Part shown: one piece after another, positions 12,700 to 24,485 of the stretch
Layout: each line of letters starts with the position of its first letter
Position numbering within the stretch: the first letter of the stretch is position 1
The notes under the pieces: model-generated
What the model was told of the DNA's origin: nothing
Seen by the model: only the letters and a program-made list of their open reading frames with translations
The model's database searches: none
Translations under genes and position numbers: made by a program
Source of the DNA: Octopus vulgaris
Taxonomy: Eukaryota
DNA length: 64,000 nucleotides
NCBI GenBank assembly: GCA_951406725.2
Contig: OX597817.1
Location: 89,032,001-89,096,000, forward strand
Reading direction: 5' to 3'

Positions 12700-13030
12700 A
12701 CGTCGGATAGACCCACCAGTCTACAGGTACGACTGTGAGACGAAGCAGCAGTTGTTACAATGGAAGAGGCCTTCATCTCCACGACCGAAGAAGGTGCGCC
12801 AAAGCCACAGTTCAAACAAAAGTATGCTCGTTGTTTTTTGTCAACATCTGCGATATTGTACATCGAAAATTCGATCCCCAGGTCCTGACTATTAATCAAA
12901 AGCGACCGGATCTGTGGAGCGTGAAGAATTAGATTCTTCACGACAACAATGTTTCCTGTCATCAAGCTCTCCTCACTCGGGAGTTTCACGCCAAAAGCAA
13001 CTTAGTATCGCTCCTGCACCCGTCCTATTC
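12700..13030 (+). pseudogene. Internally deleted mariner transposase fragment
   Basis: Translates KVCSLFFVNICDIVHRKFDPQVLTINQ-KRPDLWSVKN*ILHDNNVSCHQALLTREF, i.e. decayed mariner GIVH, KRP and LHHDNAP motifs. Confidence 0.65.
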
Positions 13031-13689
13031 GTTAGATTTAGCACCTGGACCTTTTTGTTACCACCTCGTGCCTACCTTATAATAACAAAAGTTACCACAA
13101 ACCAGATTAATTTACAACAGATCAGGTTTGATAAAAGGTATTCTACATGACTGTACTGTGCAGTAAGTAGTTTGTTGTACTTTACTGAAGTACAAATGAC
13201 ATTGAATGTGTCGATTTGTATTCGGGAGGGAAAACTGCACACCTTAGAATAAATTGAATAAAAACAATTCTGCGTATTTAGTGGACGTAGTTGTGATTGG
13301 TGTTGTGTAGCCCCAAGTCAACTTTGATTAGATACAATAGCACCAGGTGGTAGTCGGTCGAACATCAAGGTACGATTCACAGATCTGATGATCCATATTA
13401 ACAATACTTGCAACTAGCTGTCGGCAGTGCTGCACATTCTGGCAAGCAACGATAAATCGTGTGCGGTGAGACACTCTCTACATATGCTTTCTTTACCCTC
13501 AAGCGGGTTTCCTTGTGTTGGTAATCTTAATCGACGACCTACATTAACAAAACTTTCCAGCTGTGATCCTCTCATCTTCTTTGCCCATAACCACATTACC
13601 TAGGCTTTTATCTTTTACGTGCTTCGGTCATTTGACTGCCGCCATGCTGATTGCTATATAAGTAATTTAGTAACTATATTTTTCATCTG

Positions 13690-13895
13690 AGGGCGACGAG
13701 CTGGCAGAATAGTTAGCACGCTGGGCAAAATGCTTAGCGGCATTTCGCCCGTCTTTACGTTTTGAGTTCAAATTCCACCGAAGTCCACTTTGCCTTTCAT
13801 CCTCTCACTGTCGATAAAATAAGTATCAGTTCATCACTGGGGTCGCTGTAATCGACTTAACCTCTCCCCCGAACTTGCTGGCCTTGTGCCAAAAA
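13690..13895 (+). mobile_element. Second SINE family, full-length copy
   Basis: GGCGACGAGCTGGCAGAATAGTTAGCACG...GAGTTCAAATTCC...TTTGCCTTTCATCC...GTCGATAAAATAAGTATCAG. Confidence 0.85.
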
Positions 13896-14482
13896 TTTTA
13901 AACCTATATTATGTCACCTGCTAGATATACTAGGTAATTTAGTAACTATACTATGTTATCTGCAAGCTACGGTATGTTATCTTTTAGCTATGTCACATTT
14001 TCAAATAAATTATATTACCATATAAACAGGGTAATGGAGGGTAATTGAGGACACTTAATTATCAGTATTTTGCTCACCTCAAATCAATTTAAAAGTTATT
14101 TATGTCAGATTTCCTCATGGCAGATGAAACTCTAACATAAAAAATGAAAGGACATACAGTCATTCTTGCCATATATGGGGTATACAGCGATTTAGAAATT
14201 GTCAAATTTCTAAATGTTGCAAGATCTTATGTGCACAAAGTTAAGATGGAATTAGAAGCTTCTGATAGGAATAAGAATGTTTCAACTATCAAAGAGTAAA
14301 AAAAATGTTCGGGAAATAAAAGGCCACCGTAATACATCCAATGGGTTCATTACATCAATGAAGATGCTGGAAAATTAATGAGGGTGATCACCAAAGAACT
14401 TCAAATCGTAGTGGACTATCAGCAGTATGGTGCTTGAGAAACATTCGATAACAGTTGTATGTACTGAGGAGAGGTAAATTTA

Positions 14483-15744
14483 TCAGGTCATCCCATAAGT
14501 TCTATCCGAATTTTGAATAAAGAAAACAAGTGATCAAATGTTATATTTAATTGAAATTTAACCATCACTGTACTTTCCCTGAATATATATGACTTCCTTC
14601 CATCTATTTACAAGCTTTTTAATCCCATCAATGTAAAACTCTTTTGGTTTCAAAGCGAAGAACTCTGAAATGTCAATTTCGACCTCCTCCTGGCTTGCGA
14701 AAATTATCTCCCCCAAATGATTCTGTAAACTACGAAACAAATGGTAGTCTGAAGGAGCAAGGTCGGGAGAATAAGGTGGATGAGGAATTTTTTCCCAACC
14801 AAGCTCTTCGATCTTCCGTGATGTGATCTTTGCAGTGTGGGGTCGCGCATTGTCCTGATGAAACATCACTCCTTTTCGATTCACTAAAGTGGGTCTTTTT
14901 TCTTCAAAGCTTGATTCAAACGCTTTAGTTGCTGACAGTAGATTTGAGCATTGATTGTTGCATTAGGTGGTAACAATTCAAAGTGAATTACATGGAGAGA
15001 AGAACTTTTTTTCCAGGAAGTTTCCTTCTCGGTTGTGGTTGAGCTTTTTCCCTTTTACCAAGCCACTGCTTATGACGTTTAACATTTCGATAGAAGATCT
15101 ATTTTTCGTCACCAGTCACAAGTCTATCCAAAAAGGGTGAAATGAGTTCGTGAGAATGGAGAGAAGAGCAGATGTCAACTCGGGATTTGCAGTTGCTTTC
15201 GGACAATTCATGAGGCACCCATTTTCCAAGTTTAGGAACCTTTCCAAGTTGTTGAAGATGACGATGAACAGTTGTCTGGTTTGAACTAAGCCTTATTGCC
15301 AATTCTTCGACTGATAATGCACGATTTTCTTTAAGTAATGCCTCAAGGAGCTTATCATCAAACTCAACAGGATATCCAAGTTCGATCTTCATCTTCAAGG
15401 CTGAAATCATCACTACTGAATTTTGCAAACCATCTTCTGTAAGTTCTTTCATTCAAGCATTCTTTCCCATAAACTGAGTGTATGTTTCGACTCGCTTCGG
15501 CTGCAGAGTTTCCTTTTTTGTACTCATAAAGCATTATGTGCCTTAAATGTTCTTTGGATATTTCCATATTAGAAAGGGTTTTAATCAAAGAAATTTTAAT
15601 TCTATTATTCTGTAAAATAATATTTAACTAGTTTAAATGTACACAAATGCATAAAAATAATTTTTAATTCCAATCTAAAATACTATTAAATTTCATTCAA
15701 TTTAAAAAACGGTAAAATCGGACAGAACTTATGGGATGACCTGA
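14483..15744 (-). mobile_element. Full-length mariner (DD34D) with a frameshifted transposase
   Basis: TIRs TCAGGTCATCCCATAAGTTCT(A/G)TCCGA at both ends with flanking TA. MEISKEHLRHIMLYEYKKGNSAAEA, WVPHEL, TGDEK, HQDNARPH and YSPDLAPSDYHLF lie in three frames (15567 to 14558). Confidence 0.95.
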
Positions 15745-16284
15745 TATGTCCGCAAATTCATAGAAAAACCGCTTGATCCATACCAAAACGGTGACCTAAC
15801 AAGCTTAAAAGCCCTTTCTCTGGTTTTCCTCTAATGAGAAAAACCTCGAGCAAAAACTTCAATCAAATGTGCAACAAGAGAAATGATAAACAGTTGTGTG
15901 CAGATACTTCTGATATCTCCATAGTGATGCACATTAACTTTCCAGCAGCTGTGATGATTTTAAGAGTGGAGAATAACGAAGGTCATGTCATGCTACTTCA
16001 AATCTTTTTACAAGGTTTTAGAAATAAAGGTGCTGAAAACGTTGAGGTGCTGAAGACAGCTGTTAGGTCCTGGATAGATGAAGTGCGCAATAAAAGATCA
16101 TATGTGTTTCAATAGGACTCAGTATCTTCTCACAAAGCTCACGAAACTCAAGAATGGAGGTCAGATAATCTTTATGATCATATAGCATCAAACTTCACTC
16201 CTCCCAACTCACCAGATTTAAATAGCATGGACTACTATATTTGGAGCGCTGGTAAAAGGGAAACTAATCGACATCTTCCCAATA

Positions 16285-16497
16285 TTCTTTTCTTCTCTAG
16301 GTACAAGGCCCGAAATTTTTCGGGAGGGGGCCAGTCGATTAAATCTACCCAGTACGCAACTGGTACTTAATTTGTCGACCCCTAAAGGATGAAAGGCAAA
16401 GTCGACCTTGGTGGAATTTGAACTCAGAACTTAAAGACACGAAATACCGCTAAGCATTTCGCTCGGCGTGTTAACGTTTCTGCCAGCTCGCCGCCTT
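16285..16497 (-). mobile_element. Second SINE family copy with a 15-bp target-site duplication
   Basis: Flanked by GACATCTTCCCAATA (16270-16284) and GACATCTTCCTAATA (16498-16512). Confidence 0.92.
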
Positions 16498-16840
16498 GAC
16501 ATCTTCCTAATACTGTAGCTTCACTGAAGGTCACCATTGTCCAGATGACGTCCGAAATAAATAAGGACCATTGAATGCGAGCATGTCAACGATTTCGGTC
16601 CCGTATTAAAGCAGTCATCGAAGCTGAAGGCAGATTCACAAAACAATCTTATAAGAAAGCTGATCAAGAAAATGTGGTTTAATTTTTATTAAACTACGTT
16701 TGTTTTTTTGCTAGATTAGAATTGCTTTACTAAATTACCAAATACCTCTCGTACTCTGTGTGCATGTGTGTGCGTATGACTGTATGTGTGTGTGTGCGCG
16801 CGCGTGCGTGTGTGTGTATATAAATATATGTATATATACG

Positions 16841-16922
<82 letters not shown>

Positions 16923-17038
16923 CATGGTTCCGGTTTTAGTCCGAGTGGCACCTTGTGCAAGTGTCTTCTACTATAGCCTAAGGCCGACCAAAGCCTTCTG
17001 AGTGGATTTGGTAAAAGGAAACTGAAAGAAGCCCGTCG

Positions 17039-17091
<53 letters not shown>

Positions 17092-18189
17092 GCATGTATA
17101 TATGTATGTATGCATGTATGTATGTATGTACGTATGTATGTAATGTTATGTTGCCAAATAACTAACTACGCTCCATCCTACGTAGCTGTTGTGTTGTCTA
17201 GTATCTATGTTATATCATATGGAGTAATGCTATCTGGCCCAATAGCTACACAATATCATATATAACAATGCTATGTTGCGTAATATCTATGTTCTATTAT
17301 CTGATTGCCATAGATTTTTGATTTAATTCAATTCAGTTCAATAAACTTCAGTGCTGTTGTATTTCCAACGAACATTTCTTTGTAGTCCAAGTTATAAAAT
17401 TGATTTATAGACAATATTAAAACAATACATGTATACTAACATGCGATGACAACAATAACAACAACAACAACAACAACAGAACGTTAAAATTATTATTATG
17501 ATGATGGTGACGACGACGACGACGACGATGATCATTGTGGTGGTGGTGGTGGTGGTGGGGATGTTGTTGTTGATGATGATGATAATAAATGCAGTGATAA
17601 TTACAAAAATAACTGAAAATTTCTTGCTGCGATATTGATTCATAAACATTACTAAAAGAACAATGAAAATGATAACATATGATAATAAAATAGTAAATAC
17701 GTTAATAATAGGAAACAACAATAGCAGCAACCTATAAACACACACACATAAAATTATATTTGATGATAATAATTATAACAACAGCAACAACAACAATAAT
17801 AATAATATTAATACATAAGTAACATTATCGAAGTCAATAACATAAAAATTATTGCTCGGTTTTTAGTTTCATTTTCTAACATATTTTTTTATGCCTGTGC
17901 AGCATTTTTCGTGTACCTATATCACTTGATTATTCAAATTCATGCTATTGGCTCATTTGAGCTATTTTCCCGTACTTTTACACGTGGAGTCATGGCGGTA
18001 GTTATTGTAAGGGAGATAATCATGTCTAGGCGCAAGTGTGGCTGCGTGGTAAAAAGCTTGTTTTCCAACCACATGGTTCCGGGCTCAGTTCCACTGCGTG
18101 ACACCTCAAGCAACAAGTGTCTCCTACTATAGCCTCGGGCTGACCAAAGCCTTGTGAGTGGATTTGGTAGACGGAAACTGAAAGAAGTT

Positions 18190-18830
18190 CCATTGTCTCT
18201 ACCTCTCTTGTTCTTCATCCTTTCTGGTTTTCTCTCCGACACTTCCCTATTCTTCTCCACTCCCCATTCACCGTTCCCTCTTTCTTACTCCTCCTCGACT
18301 CTCTCGTCGCTGACACGTGATCAGAGGGAAGCCATCTTTCCAACTATCTTCCGACTATCTTCACAAAGACCAGACCAGCTTATCCCGTCTCTACATAAGC
18401 TGTCTCCTTAAGCGTTCAGAATAATGTTTCCCTCGTCTTGACTTAACAGCCCTCATCGTTTGTTTTTACTGTTTTGTTCTCATTGTTCTGTCTTTTACGG
18501 TTTGTACTTTTTTATTGTTTTTACAGTTTTGTTCTTACTGTCCTGTTCTTGTTATCACTTTCACCCTCCGCAAAAAATCCCAAATTTTATTTAATTTGCT
18601 TTGCGGGAAGGACTGTTTCAACGAAGTCGTGTCTTGTCCTTACCTTCGAACGCAAATTAGATAAAACAGGGACAACTGAAGAAGGGGAATATTCCTTGTG
18701 CTGTATATCTTTTTTCTCTGTTATTTTCGTTGTTTGAAAAAAAGTTCGTTCCTATGTTTTTGTTTTTATGCTTTCGTTTCTCATTATGTTCAACGTTTTT
18801 TTTATGTCCTGTACTCATATATGTATGTAC
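18190..18830 (+). mobile_element. Non-coding element carrying re-ordered hammerhead copy B
   Basis: Shares TTAACAGCCCT, the ribozyme region and the 3' end GTTC(A/G)ACGT..TTTT..TGTCCTGTAC.CATATATG with 49625-50085. Confidence 0.75.
18560..18689 (+). ncRNA. Re-ordered hammerhead-like RNA, copy B
   Basis: CCCU|CCGCAAA..UUUGCGG|GAAGG ... GUGU-C-UUGUCC ... CCUUC-GAACGC ... GGACAA-CUGAAGA-AGGG. One A of GAAA is missing. Confidence 0.7.
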
Positions 18831-18833
18831 TCA

Positions 18834-18879
<46 letters not shown>

Positions 18880-18959
18880 TATATATATATGTATACATAT
18901 ATATATGTAGCTATGTACATATATGTATGTATATATGCATATATTTATATACTTATATA

Positions 18960-18996
<37 letters not shown>

Positions 18997-20083
18997 CAAA
19001 GTAGCTAGATAGAAAATCTCTATAAGAGATGAAAGTAGTAACTGTACTGAGAAGTAATGTTTGTCGTCATTTCAACATTGTTGTTCCGTTCGAACCCACA
19101 GTTAGATAGTCTGTGTCCGTGTCGTCTGTCTGAATCAATTGCTTAAACCATTCGTTGGACGGTATTGCATTGATGGACCGATTAGAAGTGGGTTCTCTCA
19201 CATTTCAGACGTATTTTGGAGGATGTGTAGATGAATTTTTTATTGCATTTTTCAGTGGTTCAACAACTCCTGTTTGTTGTAATTGTTTTGGTATGATCTC
19301 CATGCGGCTGGTCCGGAGAGCAGGAAGAACGATTGGCAAGTAAATACGATCGATTTTCAGGTAAAAATTGTGGCTGAAATTCAGGGGCTCACAGATGCGA
19401 TTTAATGCACTTCGTAATTCGGATTTCAAGAGTCCTCTTTTTTGTTCTTTCTTTTCTTATTTCTTGTTGTTCGTTCAATGGCTCCTGGTAGATGCTCGTA
19501 TCTCGTGGGCTATCTGTAATGTGAAAACCGAATGTCATTTTTAAAGGTTTTGTCTCTCTCGTCGAGTGAAATATGGACTTTCCATCACTTGAGCTAAAGT
19601 TTTCCAGACCAGCGTATATTTTACGCTGTTATTTCTCACTCCATCGAGACATACGGAGAAGACGAATTAAATATACTGAAAAAAAAACAAAAAAAAAACA
19701 AACTATCATTTATTTTTTTACTAAAACTGACAGTAATAAATCGACCATAGACATGCAAAATATTTTCGCCTCAAACATATTTTTTTAATCATTCAACAAT
19801 TACATGTCTCTATGAACGAGCTCGTTGACTGCACCAATGACATTGCACTTTCTCACTTGCTTTGCCATTCGAGTCTCGCGTGCTTCCCGCTACTTCTCAA
19901 CGTATTTGTTTTTATTATACATGCAATGATTGACCAAATTGTTCGTTATTATTCCTGAAGATTCGAGAAAAGAAACCGTTATAAAATTGGTATTAGAAAA
20001 TTATTTCAGCTTTATTCTTTGTTTTACTACACTAATACACTAATATTGATATTATATACTTTGTACTTCTGTATAATAAATAC

Positions 20084-20124
<41 letters not shown>

Positions 20125-20172
20125 ACACACATGTATATATGTGTGTGTGTGTGTATATAGGGTCGGTACCTT

Positions 20173-20210
<38 letters not shown>

Positions 20211-20289
20211 CATCTCTGTCTGTCTGTATGTATATACATACATACATACATGCATACATACATACATGCATACACACATTTATAGTTGC

Positions 20290-20696
20290 ATGTACAGGTA
20301 GTTAGGTGTGTGTCTCTTGGTTACTCTAATATAAAACCAAATATGCAAAGAACGGCATCCATCATTTTGGGGATCTTTTGCTTGCTCATGAGACCATGGC
20401 ACTCCTACATTCCTGAGACTGCTACCTACATAGGGACTGGATGTCTTGCCTTTGCTTGTCTCTGGTTCATAACAATAGGATGAAGAAGTTCTGTGAGGTG
20501 CAGTGTAAGCCTTATTGGACATAAAATTTTAGCTTGCGTAAACACTCTCGAGGGCGCTGCATCGAGCATGGAAGGCACGGGAACAAATACATGTGAATAA
20601 TCTCATGCACGTGCATTGCTGAAATTTTGCATGGCAACGATCAGCAGTAATGGTCTTCCTCGGTCACGATTGGTCAGCCATCATCATCATCATCAA

Positions 20697-20730
<34 letters not shown>
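20290..20730 (+). mobile_element. Probable 3' fragment of an RTE-like LINE
   Basis: Decayed coding-like sequence ending ...GGTCACGATTGGTCAGCC followed by an (ATC)n tail. Confidence 0.4.
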
Positions 20731-20769
<39 letters not shown>

Positions 20770-21104
20770 AAAATATATGATATAAGAAGCTTGCTTCCCA
20801 ACCACATGGTTCTGGGTTCAGTCTCACTGCGTGGCACCTTGGGTTAGTGTCTTCTACTATAGCTTCAGGCCGACCAAAGCCTCGTGAGTTGATTTGGTAG
20901 ACGGAAATTGAAAGAAGCCTGTCGTGTATGTATGTATGTATGTATGTATGTATGTATGTATGTATGTATGTATGTATGTATGTACGTACGTATGTATATA
21001 TATATATTAATTATATTACATTATATTATATTAAAAGAAAAATGAAAAACCAAAGCAGAACGCGCATCTCAAGTCATTTAGAATAATTTAATTAGGGTAA
21101 GGTG

Positions 21105-21195
21105 AATTTGTAGTCTTACAGCCGTTTCTGGGATAACCCATGTTGTAGGTTAGCATGTCCACATACTGGGCATTCCGTCATCAGAGACAAAATTT
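21105..21195 (-). ncRNA. Type I hammerhead ribozyme
   Basis: Minus strand: GUCU-CUGAUGA, long imperfect stem II (GGAAUGCCCA...UGGGUUAUCC), GAAAC-GGCU-GUA-AGAC. Stem I GUCU/AGAC is perfect and extendable. Confidence 0.85.
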
Positions 21196-21329
21196 GAATA
21201 TTTTAGACAGAAAATTTACAAATTACAAGGAATAAAATTTACAGCTTATAAGGAAGAAAATAGAAGAATAAAGGAATAAATAGACGTATAAAGAGTAAAG
21301 TTAGCTAGAAGAATAATATTCACAACTTC

Positions 21330-21499
21330 TCTTTTTCCCAGAGGATATGGATGTTGGTCGGTACTTCCATGAAGGTACAAGTCCTTAGTTAAAATCCCTG
21401 GTAAATCCAGGCGGTATTTTGGCAGAATACCGCCTGGATTTACCTGGGATTTTAACTAAAGATCTGTATCGACCAACATCCATATCCTCTGAAAAAAGA
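21330..21499. repeat. Inverted repeat / long hairpin
   Basis: CAGAGGATATGGATGTTGGTCG...GGTAAATCCAGGCGGTATTTTG is mirrored by CAGAATACCGCCTGGATTTACC...CGACCAACATCCATATCCTCTG. Confidence 0.9.
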
Positions 21500-21580
21500 T
21501 GGTAGACGATGAACATTATTCTCCTGCTTATTCGTTTAGATCGCAAGTGAACTAAACCCCACATATTCTTTATATGTATA

Positions 21581-22129
21581 CGAGGGTGAGTCAAAAAGTA
21601 ATGCCATTTTGTTTCGGACAAGTATAATTACCAACACAGGAATATGTATCATACATCACAATGAAGCTGGTCCTCTGTGGATCACATCCCTACTTCTCAA
21701 TATAGTTACTGTTTCTCTCAATAGCAATGTTTCACCTTCGAATGAAAGCATGCATATCTGTCCGGTAAAATTCTGTTCACTGTTCTTTGAGCTACTTATT
21801 CACTACAGTTTTCACTTCCTCATCACTAGAATAATGTTTACCTCTCAAGCTCTCTTTCATGGGGCCGAAAAGATGACAGTCCAGTGACAAGGAAGTGAAA
21901 ACTGTAGTGAAGAAGTGTCTCAAAGAACAGTCAACAGAATTTTACGGGACAGGGATACATGCTCTCATTCGAAGTTGGTACATTGCTATTGAGAGAAACG
22001 GTGACTATGTTGAGAAGTAAGGATGTGATTCACAGAGGACCAGCTTCATTTTGATGTATGATACATGTTCATGTATTGGTAATTATACCTGTCCTAAACA
22101 AAATGGCATTACTTTTTGACTCACCCTCG
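21581..22129. mobile_element. Fold-back MITE built from two mariner 3' ends
   Basis: TA-flanked ends CGAGGGTGAGTCAAAAAGTAATGCC, arms of about 245 bp. Arms translate as a transposase C-terminus (DKEVKTVVKKCLKEQSTEFYGTGIHALIRSWYIAIERNGDYVEK*). Confidence 0.93.
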
Positions 22130-22152
22130 TATAACATACATACATACATACA

Positions 22153-22247
<95 letters not shown>

Positions 22248-22452
22248 ATAAATATATATCTATGTGTCGGTGTGTGTGTCTTTGTGTTTGTACTTGCCGT
22301 TTGACAACCGGTATTAGTGTGTTTACGTCCCCGTAACTTAACGGTTCAGCAAAAGTCACCGATAGAATAAGTACTATGCTTAATAAATAAGTCGATTCAT
22401 TCGACCAAAGACCCCTTCAAGGCTGTGCTCCAGCATGGTCGTAGTCAAATGA

Positions 22453-22487
<35 letters not shown>

Positions 22488-23769
22488 GTAAAATAAGGAT
22501 TCAGATAGAATAAGGTAACTAAAAAAATATGCACCAGGTAGGTTTGAGTAAACCTGTGGTTCCGGCCAATGGATGGTAAGTATCAAATAGGATATTCCGG
22601 TTGTGTACACAGAGAAAACCTGCCAAATTTGATTTGAGTTGGGACATCATTAGTGTTGTTAAACCGTACTCAAACAACAAATACAGGTGCAGGCTTTGTT
22701 GCATGGAGCTGTTAATAAATAAGAAAGTAGACCTACACCTTTAGACATTTTAAGGACATTAAACAACCTCTATAATAGCTCCTAACCTAGGGCCAAGCTA
22801 ATTTACTCTCCCTATTGTTGAACCAAAAGTTAATTGATCTCCTTAATTGTTCGAGTCATTCTAGTTTCGTTCTTCTTTACCATTATTTCGTAACTACTCT
22901 TACTATACTTGCATGGTATGCTATATTGAAGGAACTAACCGTTCTATTTGTGATGTACCCAGTTTTATGCATTAGTGGTAGCAAAGATATCTAACCTAGA
23001 AGTTGCAGCATATAAACCCTAGCCATTTTAAACCATTTTCACTGAGTAATCCTTATATCAAGATACAGCTATTTGTGCTGCGCATATTAAATAATTGATG
23101 AAACACGCTATCCAAACCTCTTACCCGCGACTATTGTTCTGAGCTGAATTACCTGATTTACACAATGGTGATTATACTGTCTAATTAGATAATATCAAAG
23201 CCACTTATATAACATTCCAAATTATTAATCATTTGACTACTTCCTAATGCTGGCTTTCTTTATATCCGATCTGGTATTTCCTCTAACTCGGTACTTGGTG
23301 TAGTTTATTATATAAGCCCCTTTTTCTTTGAACCTCTTAATGATTAGTAGTACTCTTCAGGTTTTTTCCTCATCAGGCAAACATGTCCTAATACTACAAG
23401 CGGGTTCCACAAACCCTTATAACATATTCTTATCTAAAACAACACCCTACATATTTTCACTTTACCAGATAAATCAATCGCGCATAACACTACAATTCCT
23501 TAAAAGTTAGAGCTTATCATTCGATTGCCTTCGTACCCTCCTCCAACATTCAACCATTATCCGCAGAATACCCTAAATTCTGTGTATCTCTGCTCTCTTC
23601 CCTTTGTTCTTTAGCCTTAGCTAGCGAATCCTAAACCCCGAGCCTATGCCTAACTGGCTTTATTTATACATTTATTCTCCTTCACTTTTACTTTTTGCTT
23701 TCTTTATTCTTTATCTTTACTTTATCTTCGGTCCTCTCCCAGTTACTCACTTCTCTAAGCCTACTATGA

Positions 23770-24111
23770 TAAAGTATCTCAACCAGGGTCCATATGGCTC
23801 CTGAAGGTCCATATAAGATTTTTGGAGGCCCATGCAACGAAATAGTAAATTGGGGATCCACAGTAGTATTTTAAGGGTCCCTGGAAATTTTTTTTACCTT
23901 AGACGTATTTATTGTAAGAAACAGCTACGAAGTCTCTTTAACATTTTGCATAGTTCAAACTACACATGTTAATATGTGAAAGACAGAATAGAAATTTTGA
24001 AAGAAGTATATTTAAAATTAGGTTTTAAAAATCAAATGGCTATTGAGGTCCACCAGAATAAAATGGTAATCAAAGGGGTCCATAGATAAAGAAAACGGTT
24101 GAGAACCCCTG
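23770..24111. mobile_element. hAT-type non-autonomous element
   Basis: Right end GGTTGAGAACCCCTG, degenerate left end ...TCTCAACC, repeated subterminal GGGTCCA motifs. No clean 8-bp TSD. Confidence 0.6.
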
Positions 24112-24485
24112 ACCTACACAACACTCTAGCCTACCAAAGAACCAGTTAGGCAGACTCCTATCTAACCCGGGTTGCTGACCTTAAATACCATATTACACCC
24201 TTCCAAAAACTGTATTCTTAATCTAACTCCATCCATTAGTGCTCACAAAGGCCAACTTTGTTGGTTATTCTCCCATTTCATAGCCAGCCTCGACGGATTT
24301 CGGCCACATCCCTGTTGTATTCTTGGGATATTGCTACGTTTGTAAAATTACGTTTTATGTGACGATTACGGTTTTTTTGTTATGAAGTAATGATCTCATT
24401 CTTCCATTAAAAAAAAAGCGTAAGAAACTAGTAATGAGCTGACATTTATCCATCGTCTATTATTATTCAATTGATTGTATATATA

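Larger units (their letters stand above)
14027..16750 (+). mobile_element. Decayed DD37D (maT) transposon interrupted by a mariner and a SINE
   Basis: FPAAVMILRVENNEGHVML...VRSWIDEV...YVFQ*DSVSSHKA...PPNSPDLNSMDYYIW has 37 residues between the last two catalytic Asp; C-terminus RACQRFRSRIKAVIEAEG; N-terminal part at about 14118-14480. Ends approximate. Confidence 0.8.

Noticed and set aside
12348-12989. 213-aa minus-strand ORF
   Set aside because: It runs across a SINE and the antisense strand of a mariner fragment; no protein motif.
13690-13790. tRNA genes
   Set aside because: The A/B-box heads belong to SINEs and no complete cloverleaf is visible.
18615-18685. SECIS or type III hammerhead readings of the conserved structure
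   Set aside because: No AUGA/GA quartet with the proper helix and apical AA spacing, and no GAAA downstream of CUGANGA. The C-B-A model explains the covariation in all five copies.
19955-19985. CUGAAGA...GAAAC-C-GUU
   Set aside because: Stems I and II do not form; too degenerate to call.
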